Shown here: piece by piece, positions 17,871 through 27,445 of the stretch | Layout: every line of letters starts with the position of its first letter | Position numbering within the stretch: the first letter of the stretch is position 1 | Origin: an uncultured Clostridia bacterium | Lineage (GTDB): Bacteria; Bacillota; Clostridia; Christensenellales; CAMQZB01 | Assembly: GCA_947039455.1 (NCBI GenBank) | Contig: CAMQZB010000002.1 | Span: 22,736-86,735, forward strand | Direction: 5' to 3' | Length of the DNA stretch: 64,000 nucleotides | Position numbers and translations under genes: made by a program | The notes under the pieces: model-generated | Told to the model about the DNA's origin: nothing | Seen by the model: the letters and a program-made list of their open reading frames with translations, nothing else | Databases searched by the model: none

Positions 17871-18701
17871 ATGAAAATTGGGATACATTACAACATAGAT
17901 AAAGACAGTGATTTTTCAAAAACAAGTGCTGTTATTGAGAAGTTGCAAAAAGAAGATTTTGAAGTTTATTTAACGGAGAAAACTGACGGGTATTTATGTG
18001 TGGGGGAAGATATTGAGATTGCTAATCTTGATTGCCTAATCGTCCTTGGTGGCGATGGAACAATTCTTTCTGCTAGCAAATTAGTTTTTGAATATGACGT
18101 TGCGATTCTTGGAATTAATCTTGGAAATATTGGATTTTTGACTAGTTATGAGTATGATGAAGTTGATAGTGCCATTGAAGCTTTGCTAGGTTGGAACTTC
18201 CGAGTGGAAGAACGTCATGTTATCGAAACTTCTGTTGCAAGTGAAACTTACTACGCCTTAAACGAAGTGGCGGTAGCAAGAGGAAGCGGTAATTCACCCT
18301 TTGGTCACATTGCGTCATATTCCGTTTATGCAAACAATAATATAATGGACAATATAGTGGCTGACGGCATAATCGTGTCTACAGCAACAGGCTCAACAGC
18401 TTATTCATTGTCAGCGGGCGGTCCAGTTGTTGAACCATCAGTTGATGTTATGATTGTTACTCCAATTTGTGCACATTCTTTACAAAGTCGACCAATTTGT
18501 GTTAGTGGAAACACGAAAATAGTACTTGAAGTTACGAAAACTACTTTCCCATGTAACATAATTATTGACGGAAATGTTGTTGGAAAACTAAGAGTAGATG
18601 AAGCATTATTAATTGAAAAATCAAAAAAGAAAGTTAAATTATTAAAGCCTAAAGGCGAAAATTTTTACAATAGATTACATACAAAACTAACGAAAAGATA
18701 A
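17871..18701 (+). CDS. nadK: NAD(+) kinase
   Basis: VLGGDGTILSA and NLGNIGFL motifs, plus STATGSTAYSLSAGGP. Confidence 0.92.
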   Translation: MKIGIHYNIDKDSDFSKTSAVIEKLQKEDFEVYLTEKTDGYLCVGEDIEIANLDCLIVLGGDGTILSASKLVFEYDVAILGINLGNIGFLTSYEYDEVDSAIEALLGWNFRVEERHVIETSVASETYYALNEVAVARGSGNSPFGHIASYSVYANNNIMDNIVADGIIVSTATGSTAYSLSAGGPVVEPSVDVMIVTPICAHSLQSRPICVSGNTKIVLEVTKTTFPCNIIIDGNVVGKLRVDEALLIEKSKKKVKLLKPKGENFYNRLHTKLTKR

Positions 18702-18717
18702 AGTTAAGAGGTGGGAA

Positions 18718-19170
18718 ATGGCAAGAACTACAAGGCAATCTAAAATTTTAGACCTTATAAAAAACTATGAAATTGATACTCAAGAAGAACTGGTTTCTAA
18801 ACTTAGAAACGAAGATTTTAATGTAACGCAAGCAACAATTTCTCGTGATATCAAAGAGCTTGGTCTAACAAAAATCTTGACGGAAAGCGGAAAATATAAG
18901 TATATTCATGTGGAAGGTGGAAATAACAAAATTTCTACTAAAATCATAAATGTCTTTAAAGAATCTGTTATTTCTATTGAATCAGCCAACAACTTAATGG
19001 TTATTAAAACTTTAGTTGGAAGTGCAAATGCCGCATCAATACTTATTGACAAGCTGGCAATGAATGAAATCCTTGGAACAATTGCAGGTGATGATACATT
19101 GCTAATTATAGCTAGAGAAACTGAGAATGTTAAAGCTATAAAAGATAGAATTGCAGAGATAACTGGATAA
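18718..19170 (+). CDS. argR: arginine repressor
   Basis: RQSKILDLIKNYEIDTQEELV..L...GFNVTQATISRDIKEL and the C-terminal GTIAGDDT motif. Confidence 0.93.
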   Translation: MARTTRQSKILDLIKNYEIDTQEELVSKLRNEDFNVTQATISRDIKELGLTKILTESGKYKYIHVEGGNNKISTKIINVFKESVISIESANNLMVIKTLVGSANAASILIDKLAMNEILGTIAGDDTLLIIARETENVKAIKDRIAEITG

Positions 19171-19183
19171 AACAATTTAAATT

Positions 19184-20872
19184 ATGTTGCAAAGTTTATT
19201 TATCAACAATATAGCGCTAATCGAAAAACTTAACATAGATTTTCATTCAGAGCTTAATATATTTTCAGGCGAAACTGGTGCGGGTAAATCAATAATCATT
19301 GACTCCCTTAATTTTATGCTAGGTGCGAAAACTGACAAAACCCTTATTAGAAACGGCGAAAATCAAGCTGTTGTTCAAGGGGTTTTTGACATTTCTAAAA
19401 GAGCGGATATCAAAATTCTCATGGAAGAAATTGGACTTGAGGAAGAAGATCTTTTGATAGTTTCAAGATTGATGTCAGTGAAAGGCAAAAACGAAATCCG
19501 CATAAATGGAAAGGTTGTTACCTTGTCAATGTTGCGAGAGATTTCTCACAAATTAGTTGATGTACACGGTCAAAGCGAGCATTTTATGCTGTCAAAAGTT
19601 ACTGCACATCTTGAACTTGTAGACAATTTCGCAAAATCAACTGTAACCAAAATAAAAGAAGACTTTGCAAATGCTTATACGAAATTAAACAATTTGCAAA
19701 AAGAACTTGGAGCATTTGGCGGATCTGAAGCTGAAATGCAAAGATTAATTGACTTATATAGTTTTCAAGTAAAGGAAATTGACGAAGCTAATTTAGAAAT
19801 TGGCGAAGAAGAATCGTTGCTTGAAAAATACAAAATAATCATGAATATTGAGAAGATTTCCTCTAATTTATCTGGGGCAATATCATCGCTTTCAGGTGAA
19901 GCAGGGGCGTTGACAACAGTGGGTTCAGCCTTTACTCAGTTAAATGCTATTGCGTCAATGAACGATAAAATCACTGGATTAGTTGAAAGATTGAAAGTTA
20001 TTAAGTTTGAATGTGCTGATATTGACGAATCTTTGAAAGATGTTCAAGTTGATCTAGCATTTGATGAACGGGAATCAGATAAAATTACTGACAGAATAGA
20101 ACAAATTAAGAAACTAAAAAGAAAATATGGTGCTGATGTGAATGCTGTTTTAGTATTTAGAGATAAGGCAAAAGCAGAGTATGATAAATTAACTTCAAGT
20201 GAAGAACTCATAGCTGAATTGAAAATCAATATAGAGAGACAAGAAAATATTACTCTTAACATAGCTGAAAAACTTAGTGAAGAAAGAAAAGTAAAATCAG
20301 CTGAATTAGAGAAATATATTATAACTGAACTTAAAGAATTGGGAATGGAAAATTCACGATTTGAAGTTATGTTTAAAGATAATGAAAGAAAAACAATGAC
20401 TAAGACTACTGGACTAGACGATGTGGAATTTATGTTCTCAGCCAATTTAGGAGAGCCAATGAAACCGCTAATTAAAGTTATTTCGGGTGGAGAAATGTCA
20501 CGATTCATGCTTGCGTTAAAGAGTATTACAAGCGAACTTGACGATATTGATACCATGATTTTTGACGAAATAGATTCAGGAATTTCAGGAAAGATTGCCC
20601 ATGTAGTGGCGGAGAAGTTCATAAAAATCAGTCGCCATCAACAAATTATTGTTATAACACATCTACCGCAAATTGCATCAACTGGTGATTGTAATTTATT
20701 TATTACAAAAGCAGTAGAAAATGGCGCAACAAAAACATCAATCTCACCATTATCACAACAAGAAAAAATAGTGGAAGTAGCTAGACTATCAGGCGGAAAC
20801 GAACTAACAAACGCAACTCTAGCCCACGCAGAAGAACTAATTTCTCACTATGACAAAATTAAAGAAAACTAA
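19184..20872 (+). CDS. recN: DNA repair protein RecN
   Basis: N-terminal Walker A GETGAGKSI, long coiled coil, and C-terminal SGGEMSR...FDEIDSGISG. Confidence 0.95.
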   Translation: MLQSLFINNIALIEKLNIDFHSELNIFSGETGAGKSIIIDSLNFMLGAKTDKTLIRNGENQAVVQGVFDISKRADIKILMEEIGLEEEDLLIVSRLMSVKGKNEIRINGKVVTLSMLREISHKLVDVHGQSEHFMLSKVTAHLELVDNFAKSTVTKIKEDFANAYTKLNNLQKELGAFGGSEAEMQRLIDLYSFQVKEIDEANLEIGEEESLLEKYKIIMNIEKISSNLSGAISSLSGEAGALTTVGSAFTQLNAIASMNDKITGLVERLKVIKFECADIDESLKDVQVDLAFDERESDKITDRIEQIKKLKRKYGADVNAVLVFRDKAKAEYDKLTSSEELIAELKINIERQENITLNIAEKLSEERKVKSAELEKYIITELKELGMENSRFEVMFKDNERKTMTKTTGLDDVEFMFSANLGEPMKPLIKVISGGEMSRFMLALKSITSELDDIDTMIFDEIDSGISGKIAHVVAEKFIKISRHQQIIVITHLPQIASTGDCNLFITKAVENGATKTSISPLSQQEKIVEVARLSGGNELTNATLAHAEELISHYDKIKEN

Positions 20873-20887
20873 ATAATAAAAGATAAA

Positions 20888-20925
20888 AAAAGAAGTCGTA
20901 TTCAAAATGAATACGACTTTTATAT
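20888..20925. terminator. bidirectional rho-independent terminator (recN on + / DUF1273 gene on -)
   Basis: AAGTCGTATTC / GAATACGACTT stem flanked by an A-run on the 5' side and a T-run on the 3' side. Confidence 0.8.
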
Positions 20926-21023
20926 TTGTATTTTTCTATAAGTAGTGGAGTGTTAAATGATTTTCACCGTAGTGAATATAACAAAAAAACTAAAATATTG
21001 ACAACTAAATAAATCTTTATTTT

Positions 21024-21527
21024 TTAAAACCTAGCTTCTTTTGGGTTGACTTTAATAACTTCTAGATCATTCATATTAGCGTAGTTATAAGTATAAAAAG
21101 TACCACCAGAGAATTGGAAAAGGTAAGCAATACATACTGAAGAATTATCAACAAGGTATCGGTTTCGCTTGTGCATACAGCCAATTTCGTAATTTTCCGA
21201 AGTATAAACAACGCTTTTAGCTAAGCTAAGCAAACGAGCGTAGCGATTTTTATCCATACGAGAAAAATTCCGAGCTTGTTCTTTGCAAGGAACCACGGCA
21301 ATCAGATTAATGTGAGGGTATTCCCGTTGTAAATCAATTACAACTTCCCCAGCAATCATATCAAAACCAATAGCCATACCGCAAAGAAAGTTGGTAAATC
21401 CTCTATCACAAAGATCAGTTAAAATAACTTTCAATTCAGCAACAACGCTACTTGTGGAATGCAAATGTTCCATAATATTTCTATGACCAGTAAAGCATAC
21501 TGATGTTTTTCTTTGTAATTCAAACAT
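21024..21527 (-). CDS. DUF1273 / YpsA-like SLOG family protein
   Basis: The CFTGHR motif near the N-terminus and GMAIGFD...A are hallmarks of the YpsA family. I prefer ATG at 21527 (MFELQRK) over the track's TTG at 21599. Confidence 0.75.
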   Translation of the reverse strand: MFELQRKTSVCFTGHRNIMEHLHSTSSVVAELKVILTDLCDRGFTNFLCGMAIGFDMIAGEVVIDLQREYPHINLIAVVPCKEQARNFSRMDKNRYARLLSLAKSVVYTSENYEIGCMHKRNRYLVDNSSVCIAYLFQFSGGTFYTYNYANMNDLEVIKVNPKEARF

Positions 21528-21591
21528 ATATTTATTGTAACATATAGAAAAAATAATTGCAAGTCTATTTTGAAAATATATTGATATTTTT

Positions 21592-21635
21592 TTCGACAAA
21601 ATTACAAATATACGAACAATTAAAAAAAGTATAAT
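21592..21635 (+). promoter_or_regulatory. putative Spo0A-dependent spoIIE promoter (0A box plus -10)
   Basis: TTCGACA, the reverse complement of the TGTCGAA 0A box, at 21592-21598. TATAAT at 21630-21635 with a poor -35, as expected for an activator-dependent promoter. Confidence 0.45.
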
Positions 21636-21666
21636 ACTATTCTAGAAAAAAAAATAGGTGGTGGAC

Positions 21667-23916
21667 ATGAAAAAATACTTGGAGCTAATGAAGTACCTAG
21701 CCATTTTGGTGATAGTATATATAATTTCATTAACCTCATACGTGGGCAATGGATTGATGATGGGTGCAATGGTGGGATTGCTAGTAGCAGGCACAAATTT
21801 TTACATAGTAGTAGTTATGACAGCGATATTATTATTCTCAAAAGTACTAGAAATAGGGCTTATGTGTGTACTAATTTTAACCGCGATGATGATGGTATTA
21901 GGTGCAATATATAAATTTTCAGGGCGTACATTAAAAGAAGTGGAGAAAGTAATATTCCCACTTTTACTTGGAGTAGTACACTCATATCTTCTATCATTTA
22001 CGCCAATATTCATAGTAATACAAGGTCTAACAACAGCGTTAACAACGTTAGTTTGCATATATGCTATAGATTATTTACGAATAATCACAGCAGGCGATAG
22101 TCCATCAAAGTTTGAAAAAATGAGTTTTTTCGCAGTGGTGTTTATTTTTGCATGTGGACTTACTCGACTAACATTATTTTCGGGAAATGGCTATTTTTTA
22201 GTAGCACCGTTTTTAGTATTATTAAGTTACGGAATAAAGAAGGACAACTTCGCAAGTATTCTTGCGGTGGTACTAGGATTAGCAGGGTATTTTGAAACCC
22301 AATCAGCAGGCTATTTACTAATGCCGATTTTGACATTACTTGTGGCGATAGCGTTTTTAGATATTAGCATTGTCGGAACAGTGATGACAGCAATCGTTGT
22401 AGAACTGTTCAGCATGAGCGTGTTCAACAGTTATAACGGCATTTTCATTACAAATATCGTTCTATATGCTATTAGTGTTTTGGCGTTTGTGCTAGTGCCG
22501 AAACAAATTTTGCAAGAAGTAAACAAGAAGATTAGCCTTGAAAATATAGAGATTGGACGAGGCTTTGTTAATCAAGGAAGAAGTCAAAGTTCCAAAAAAA
22601 TATTAGAAATTTCAGATATATTTACACAGCTTGAAAGAGTATTTGCTGGATTAATTAAAGGAAAAATGAACAGTGAACTAGCGATTGATGTAATTAAAAA
22701 TGACGTTCGAAACAGCGTATGTGAAAAATGCGCAGGAAAATCTAAATGTGTTGCATCAAGGAACAGTAAAATGCTTACAGAGATTGAAGGCTTGATATTA
22801 ACAGCATTTTCAAACGGCTCAGTGAATTTACTAAATATATCGGAATACATGTCAAAAAACTGTGCGAACGTCAATCAAATTTTAGCATCAATAAACAAAA
22901 ACGCATCAGATATGGGACAGTATAATCAAAATATGGAAGGGGCGGACTCTTGTAAATTAGTATTGTCAAAACAGTTTAAAGGCATATCAAAAACCCTTGA
23001 AAAACTTGCTTTTGAAATGGGAAGGGATATATCTTTTGATAGAGAATTAGAGAACGAAATTTCTGAAAGTTTAAAGAATGTAAATGTGCGTTTTGAAAAT
23101 GTGTTTTGCTATTTTGAGGAGGACAACCTACCAACTGTTTTAGTAACTTTAAAAGCAAAAGAGCGGAAAGGTAAAACTATTGTTAAAGTAATATCCAAAG
23201 TTTGCGGAATGAAAATGGTTGCAGGTGAATCTGAAAAAGGAAAGAACAAAGGACAAATTTTAGTTAACTACCACCCAACAGCTAGATATGATGTGTCATT
23301 TGGTGTAGCTTATTCAAAGAAAAAAGATTCAACAGCTTGCGGTGATAGTCATACTTTAACACGACTTGGGAATTATTCGTTTATGATTTCACTATCAGAC
23401 GGAATGGGCAGTGGGGACATGGCTAGAGATGTAAGCGAGCGTGCAATTACTCTTGTTGAAAGTCTGTATAAGGCAGGATTTTCCGATGATATTGTAACTA
23501 CAACCGTGAATAATATGCTAAGTTTGACGAATTTTGAAACATTCACTGCAATTGATATTTGCGTGCTGAATTTAGTAGATTTGGAAAGTAATTTTATAAA
23601 AATTGGATCGCCACCATCATACATTATAGGCGATGATGTGAAAGCTATTGAAGGTGAAAGCTTGCCACTTGGGATTATGGAAGAAATTACCCCAACGAAA
23701 AAGAAAATTGCACTAAAAGAGGGTGACTACATGGTGTTTATTACCGATGGTGTCTATGATTTATTAGGTAATCAAGTAGCTAATATAATTAGAAAAAACA
23801 AATATGCAACGCCACAAACCTTAGCTGATAAAATAATCGAAACAGCAAAAAATACAGGTGAGGGTGAAAATTACGACGATATGTCAGTAATAGTTGCAAA
23901 GATTTTTGAACTGTAA
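21667..23916 (+). CDS. spoIIE: stage II sporulation protein E (membrane-bound PP2C phosphatase)
   Basis: About 10 N-terminal TM segments, a central domain, and a C-terminal PP2C domain (GDSH..., SDGMGSG, FITDGV, DDMSV). ATG at 21667 lies 5 nt after AGGTGG. Confidence 0.9.
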   Translation: MKKYLELMKYLAILVIVYIISLTSYVGNGLMMGAMVGLLVAGTNFYIVVVMTAILLFSKVLEIGLMCVLILTAMMMVLGAIYKFSGRTLKEVEKVIFPLLLGVVHSYLLSFTPIFIVIQGLTTALTTLVCIYAIDYLRIITAGDSPSKFEKMSFFAVVFIFACGLTRLTLFSGNGYFLVAPFLVLLSYGIKKDNFASILAVVLGLAGYFETQSAGYLLMPILTLLVAIAFLDISIVGTVMTAIVVELFSMSVFNSYNGIFITNIVLYAISVLAFVLVPKQILQEVNKKISLENIEIGRGFVNQGRSQSSKKILEISDIFTQLERVFAGLIKGKMNSELAIDVIKNDVRNSVCEKCAGKSKCVASRNSKMLTEIEGLILTAFSNGSVNLLNISEYMSKNCANVNQILASINKNASDMGQYNQNMEGADSCKLVLSKQFKGISKTLEKLAFEMGRDISFDRELENEISESLKNVNVRFENVFCYFEEDNLPTVLVTLKAKERKGKTIVKVISKVCGMKMVAGESEKGKNKGQILVNYHPTARYDVSFGVAYSKKKDSTACGDSHTLTRLGNYSFMISLSDGMGSGDMARDVSERAITLVESLYKAGFSDDIVTTTVNNMLSLTNFETFTAIDICVLNLVDLESNFIKIGSPPSYIIGDDVKAIEGESLPLGIMEEITPTKKKIALKEGDYMVFITDGVYDLLGNQVANIIRKNKYATPQTLADKIIETAKNTGEGENYDDMSVIVAKIFEL

Positions 23917-23966
23917 CAATCTTTGTAGTTGCAAAAATTCATACGATTTGATATACTAGAAATAGT

Positions 23967-25292
23967 ATGAAAAAGATATTTGAAAAAATTAAATATGATT
24001 TGATTCCAAATAATAGCAAAGTTGGAATTGCATTGTCAGGAGGAGCCGATTCGGTGTTCCTCCTATTTGCAATTTTAGCGGTGGCGAAAGAGAAAAACCT
24101 TGAAGTTATTGGAATTAATTTGGACCATAGTATCAGAGAAAATTCAAAAGCCGATAGCGATTTCGTGAAAGAATTGTGTAAAACTCAAGGCGTAATGTGT
24201 AAGTTTAAGAAAGTGCAAGCGAAAGAGTTTTCTTCTATAAACAAAATGTCGCTAGAAGAGGGTGCAAGAGATTTACGTTATGAATTTTTTAATGAACTAA
24301 AAAACAGCGGTGTTGTTGACATAATAGCAATTGGTCATCATATGAATGACAATGTTGAAACTATTTTGCTAAACATATTTAAAGGTGCAAGCCTAACTGG
24401 GGTATCTGGTATAGCTGAAAAGCATAATGGTTTTATTCGTCCAATGATGGAAGTTGAACGATGTGAAATTGAAGAATATGTTAGGGGAAATAACATTGAT
24501 TTTGTCACTGATGAAAGTAATTTTTCTTGCGACTATGAACGGAACTATATTAGAAATGAAGTAATTCCTTGTATTGAAAAAAAGTTTCCTCAAATGAAAA
24601 AATCTATAACAAATTTTGCAAAATTAGCTAAAAGAGACGATGAATACTTAAATGCACAAGCTGAAAAGATAGTGAAAATCAAAGGAAATCCGTATATCAT
24701 GTTATCCGACATGGACCAAGAACCCATTGCAACACGGGGCGTGAAAATTGCTATGAAAATGTTGGGAGTGGAGAAAAATATTTATGGTGTAAACTATAAA
24801 GACGTGCTAAATTTAGCGAAAAACATGGAGAACGGTAGCCGTGTTGACATAGTTTCGAACATTTCTTGCTATCGTGATTACGATAGAATTACTTTCCAAA
24901 AAAGAACGGATAGCAACAATATTATTGAAATTCCGTTAAATATTGGCAATTATGAACTGGGAAATGCAAAAATAGCTATAAAAACCCAAGAAAAATTTGA
25001 AATAATTGCAAATTCTACCTATTTAGACTTTGACAAACTGCCTAAAAATGCTATAATTAGATTTCGACGAATTGGTGATGTATTTCAAAGAACAAAAGGA
25101 ACGGTTTCGCTGAAAGAGTATTTTATTGATAAAAAAATTCCTGCAAGAACTCGTGATAACATATTAGTTGTGGCAAGTGGTAGTGAAATTTTTGCAGTGA
25201 TAGGGTACGAATGTGGCGTAAAATGTTTCATTGATTCTGGTACTTCTAATATCGTTTCAATCACTGTAGATAATGCAGATACACAAGAATAA
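23967..25292 (+). CDS. tilS: tRNA(Ile)-lysidine synthase
   Basis: PP-loop ALSGGADSVFL. GHHMNDNVETILLN. Conserved position between spoIIE and hpt. Confidence 0.92.
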   Translation: MKKIFEKIKYDLIPNNSKVGIALSGGADSVFLLFAILAVAKEKNLEVIGINLDHSIRENSKADSDFVKELCKTQGVMCKFKKVQAKEFSSINKMSLEEGARDLRYEFFNELKNSGVVDIIAIGHHMNDNVETILLNIFKGASLTGVSGIAEKHNGFIRPMMEVERCEIEEYVRGNNIDFVTDESNFSCDYERNYIRNEVIPCIEKKFPQMKKSITNFAKLAKRDDEYLNAQAEKIVKIKGNPYIMLSDMDQEPIATRGVKIAMKMLGVEKNIYGVNYKDVLNLAKNMENGSRVDIVSNISCYRDYDRITFQKRTDSNNIIEIPLNIGNYELGNAKIAIKTQEKFEIIANSTYLDFDKLPKNAIIRFRRIGDVFQRTKGTVSLKEYFIDKKIPARTRDNILVVASGSEIFAVIGYECGVKCFIDSGTSNIVSITVDNADTQE

Positions 25293-25313
25293 ATCAGTAA
25301 GGAGATTAGTTAA

Positions 25314-25859
25314 ATGTACAACGACATTGAGCAAATTTGGATTTCGAAAGAAGACCTTTCAAAAAGGATTAAGGAAATAGCACTGGAACTTGACGAAGAA
25401 TATAAAGGTAAAAACCCTTTAATGATTTGTATTTTAAGAGGCGCAGTAATGTTTTTCGCTGATTTAATTCGTGAAATGAAAATACCATTAGAAATAGATT
25501 TTATGTCAATTTCAAGCTACGGAGCTGGAGTTAATTCCACTGGTGAAGTGAAATTAGTTAAAGATTTAGACACAAAACTTGCTGGACGTGATGTAATTAT
25601 TGTTGAAGACATCATTGATACTGGTTACACTTTGCAATATTTAAAGAAGAATTTAAATACAAGAAACCCTAATTCAATTAAAACTTGTTGCCTTCTTGAC
25701 AAACCTTCAAGACGTGAAGTTGAAACATATCCTGACTTTAAAGGGTTCGAAATTGAGAACCAATTTGTAGTTGGTTACGGTCTTGATTTTGATCAAAACT
25801 ATAGAAACTTACCAGAAATCGGTATTTTGAAACCTTCAGTTTATCAAGAAGAAAAATAA
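25314..25859 (+). CDS. hpt: hypoxanthine phosphoribosyltransferase
   Basis: PRPP-binding motif VIIVEDIIDTGYTL. LKGA..F..DL. 181 aa. Confidence 0.95.
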   Translation: MYNDIEQIWISKEDLSKRIKEIALELDEEYKGKNPLMICILRGAVMFFADLIREMKIPLEIDFMSISSYGAGVNSTGEVKLVKDLDTKLAGRDVIIVEDIIDTGYTLQYLKKNLNTRNPNSIKTCCLLDKPSRREVETYPDFKGFEIENQFVVGYGLDFDQNYRNLPEIGILKPSVYQEEK

Positions 25860-25881
25860 TCATACATTAATATAGAATTTT

Positions 25882-25915
25882 AAAAGTTGAAGATGTTATA
25901 TCTTCAACTTTTTTT
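25882..25915 (+). terminator. rho-independent terminator after hpt
   Basis: GTTGAAGAT / ATCTTCAAC stem followed by TTTTTTT. Confidence 0.85.
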
Positions 25916-26005
25916 ATTTGCAATATTGCTTTAGTGTCGAATTAACTTGCAATCTCTCGAAAAAGCTTGTATAATAATCTAAGGGAAAAACACGGGGGAG
26001 AAATT

Positions 26006-26569
26006 ATGTCTAAATTGTATTTTAAATATGGCGCAATGGGTTCGTCAAAAACTGCTCAAGCATTAATGGTGAAGTTCAACTATGAAGAAAAAGGCTATAA
26101 AGTAGCGTTGATGAAACCTGCAACGGATACCCGTGACGGATTTGACGTTTGCTCATCTAGGATTGGTTTGAAGGGCAAATGTATTGTAATTGCTGAAGAT
26201 ACCAACTTGGAAGAATGGTTTAAAAATGTGGATTATCAAGTTATAATCATAGATGAATCACAGTTTTTAACAAAGGAACAAGTGGATTCTCTAAAAAATA
26301 TCGCTTGCAAATACGTACCAGTAATTTGTTTCGGCTTGAAAACCGATTTTTTAACTAATATGTTTGAAGGAAGTAAAAGACTTTTCGAGCTTGCTGACTC
26401 ACTTACTGAAATAAAGTCAGTTTGTAATTGTGGAAGAAAAGCCGAAGTTAACGCAAGATTAGTTGATGGTAAAGTAGTGTATGAAGGTCAACAAATTTTC
26501 CTTGGCGGAAATGAGAGCTATGTTGGTATGTGTTATACATGTTGGAAAAAAGACGCAGAAAATAACTAA
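26006..26569 (+). CDS. tdk: thymidine kinase
   Basis: GAMGSSKT P-loop, IIIDESQF, and a C-terminal Zn ribbon (CNCGRKA...CYTCW). ATG at 26006 follows GGGGGAG. The track's TTG at 25967 lies inside a TATAAT box. Confidence 0.93.
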   Translation: MSKLYFKYGAMGSSKTAQALMVKFNYEEKGYKVALMKPATDTRDGFDVCSSRIGLKGKCIVIAEDTNLEEWFKNVDYQVIIIDESQFLTKEQVDSLKNIACKYVPVICFGLKTDFLTNMFEGSKRLFELADSLTEIKSVCNCGRKAEVNARLVDGKVVYEGQQIFLGGNESYVGMCYTCWKKDAENN

Positions 26570-26625
26570 TTTAAAAATCAAAATACATAAAGTTAATACA
26601 AATATACATCATTAAATTAATATAT

Positions 26626-26658
26626 AAAAAGAGCGATTTATTATAAATCGCTCTTTTA
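26626..26658. terminator. bidirectional rho-independent terminator between tdk (+) and the Nudix gene (-)
   Basis: GAGCGATTTA / TAAATCGCTC stem flanked by an A-run and a T-run. Confidence 0.8.
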
Positions 26659-26776
26659 TCTATTTATTATCGAAACAAAAAACCTAAAAAAAGAAGTTTT
26701 TGCTATGTTTTGAAATATAAAACTATATAAGAATTTATCAAAAATATAATAAATTTACTAATATAATCTTAAATTT

Positions 26777-27316
26777 CTAAATTAAATTTTCTTTAACAGC
26801 ATAGTGAAGTAAACCATAACAAGTTTTTGAGTCAATAATTTCATTGTTCAAAATCATTTTCAAAAGAGTAGCAATAGGCATTTCAATAAGATCAATAAAC
26901 TCGTCCTCATCAGGGTTTGTGTCTTGAATTTCAAGTCCTTTTGCTACATAAATATTAATAATTTCTGTAGAATATGCGATAGTTGGTTGAATATCGCAAA
27001 GGAACTCTATTGAACTAGCAACACCGCCAGTTTCTTCTTTCAGCTCACGAATACAAGCATTGCGAGAGTCTTCCCCTTTGTCAATTTTTCCTGCTGGGAT
27101 TTCTAAATATACTTTTTGACAAGGGTATCTAAATTGCTTTTCCATAAGAATATTTCCGTTTGGAAGTACGGGAATTACAGCTACAGCACCGTTATGAACA
27201 ATGTATTCACGAGTGGAAGTACCGCCATTTGGTAATAGTACTTTATCTTTTTTCACATGAAGTAAAACTCCATCAAAAACCACTTCCGAGCTAATTTTCT
27301 TTTCAGTTAAATCCAT
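26777..27316 (-). CDS. ADP-ribose pyrophosphatase (Nudix hydrolase)
   Basis: Nudix box GKIDKGEDSRNACIRELKEETG. ATG at 27316 (MDLTEKK) lies 7 nt after GAGAGG. Confidence 0.85.
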   Translation of the reverse strand: MDLTEKKISSEVVFDGVLLHVKKDKVLLPNGGTSTREYIVHNGAVAVIPVLPNGNILMEKQFRYPCQKVYLEIPAGKIDKGEDSRNACIRELKEETGGVASSIEFLCDIQPTIAYSTEIINIYVAKGLEIQDTNPDEDEFIDLIEMPIATLLKMILNNEIIDSKTCYGLLHYAVKENLI

Positions 27317-27445
27317 AAAACAACCTCTCATAATATATATTTTATAATAGTATATCATTAAATATAAGATAATGCAATTTACTTTGAAAAATAATATATT
27401 TTGTGATATAATTCTAATATAAACTTTGATAAAGAGAAGTTAAAA

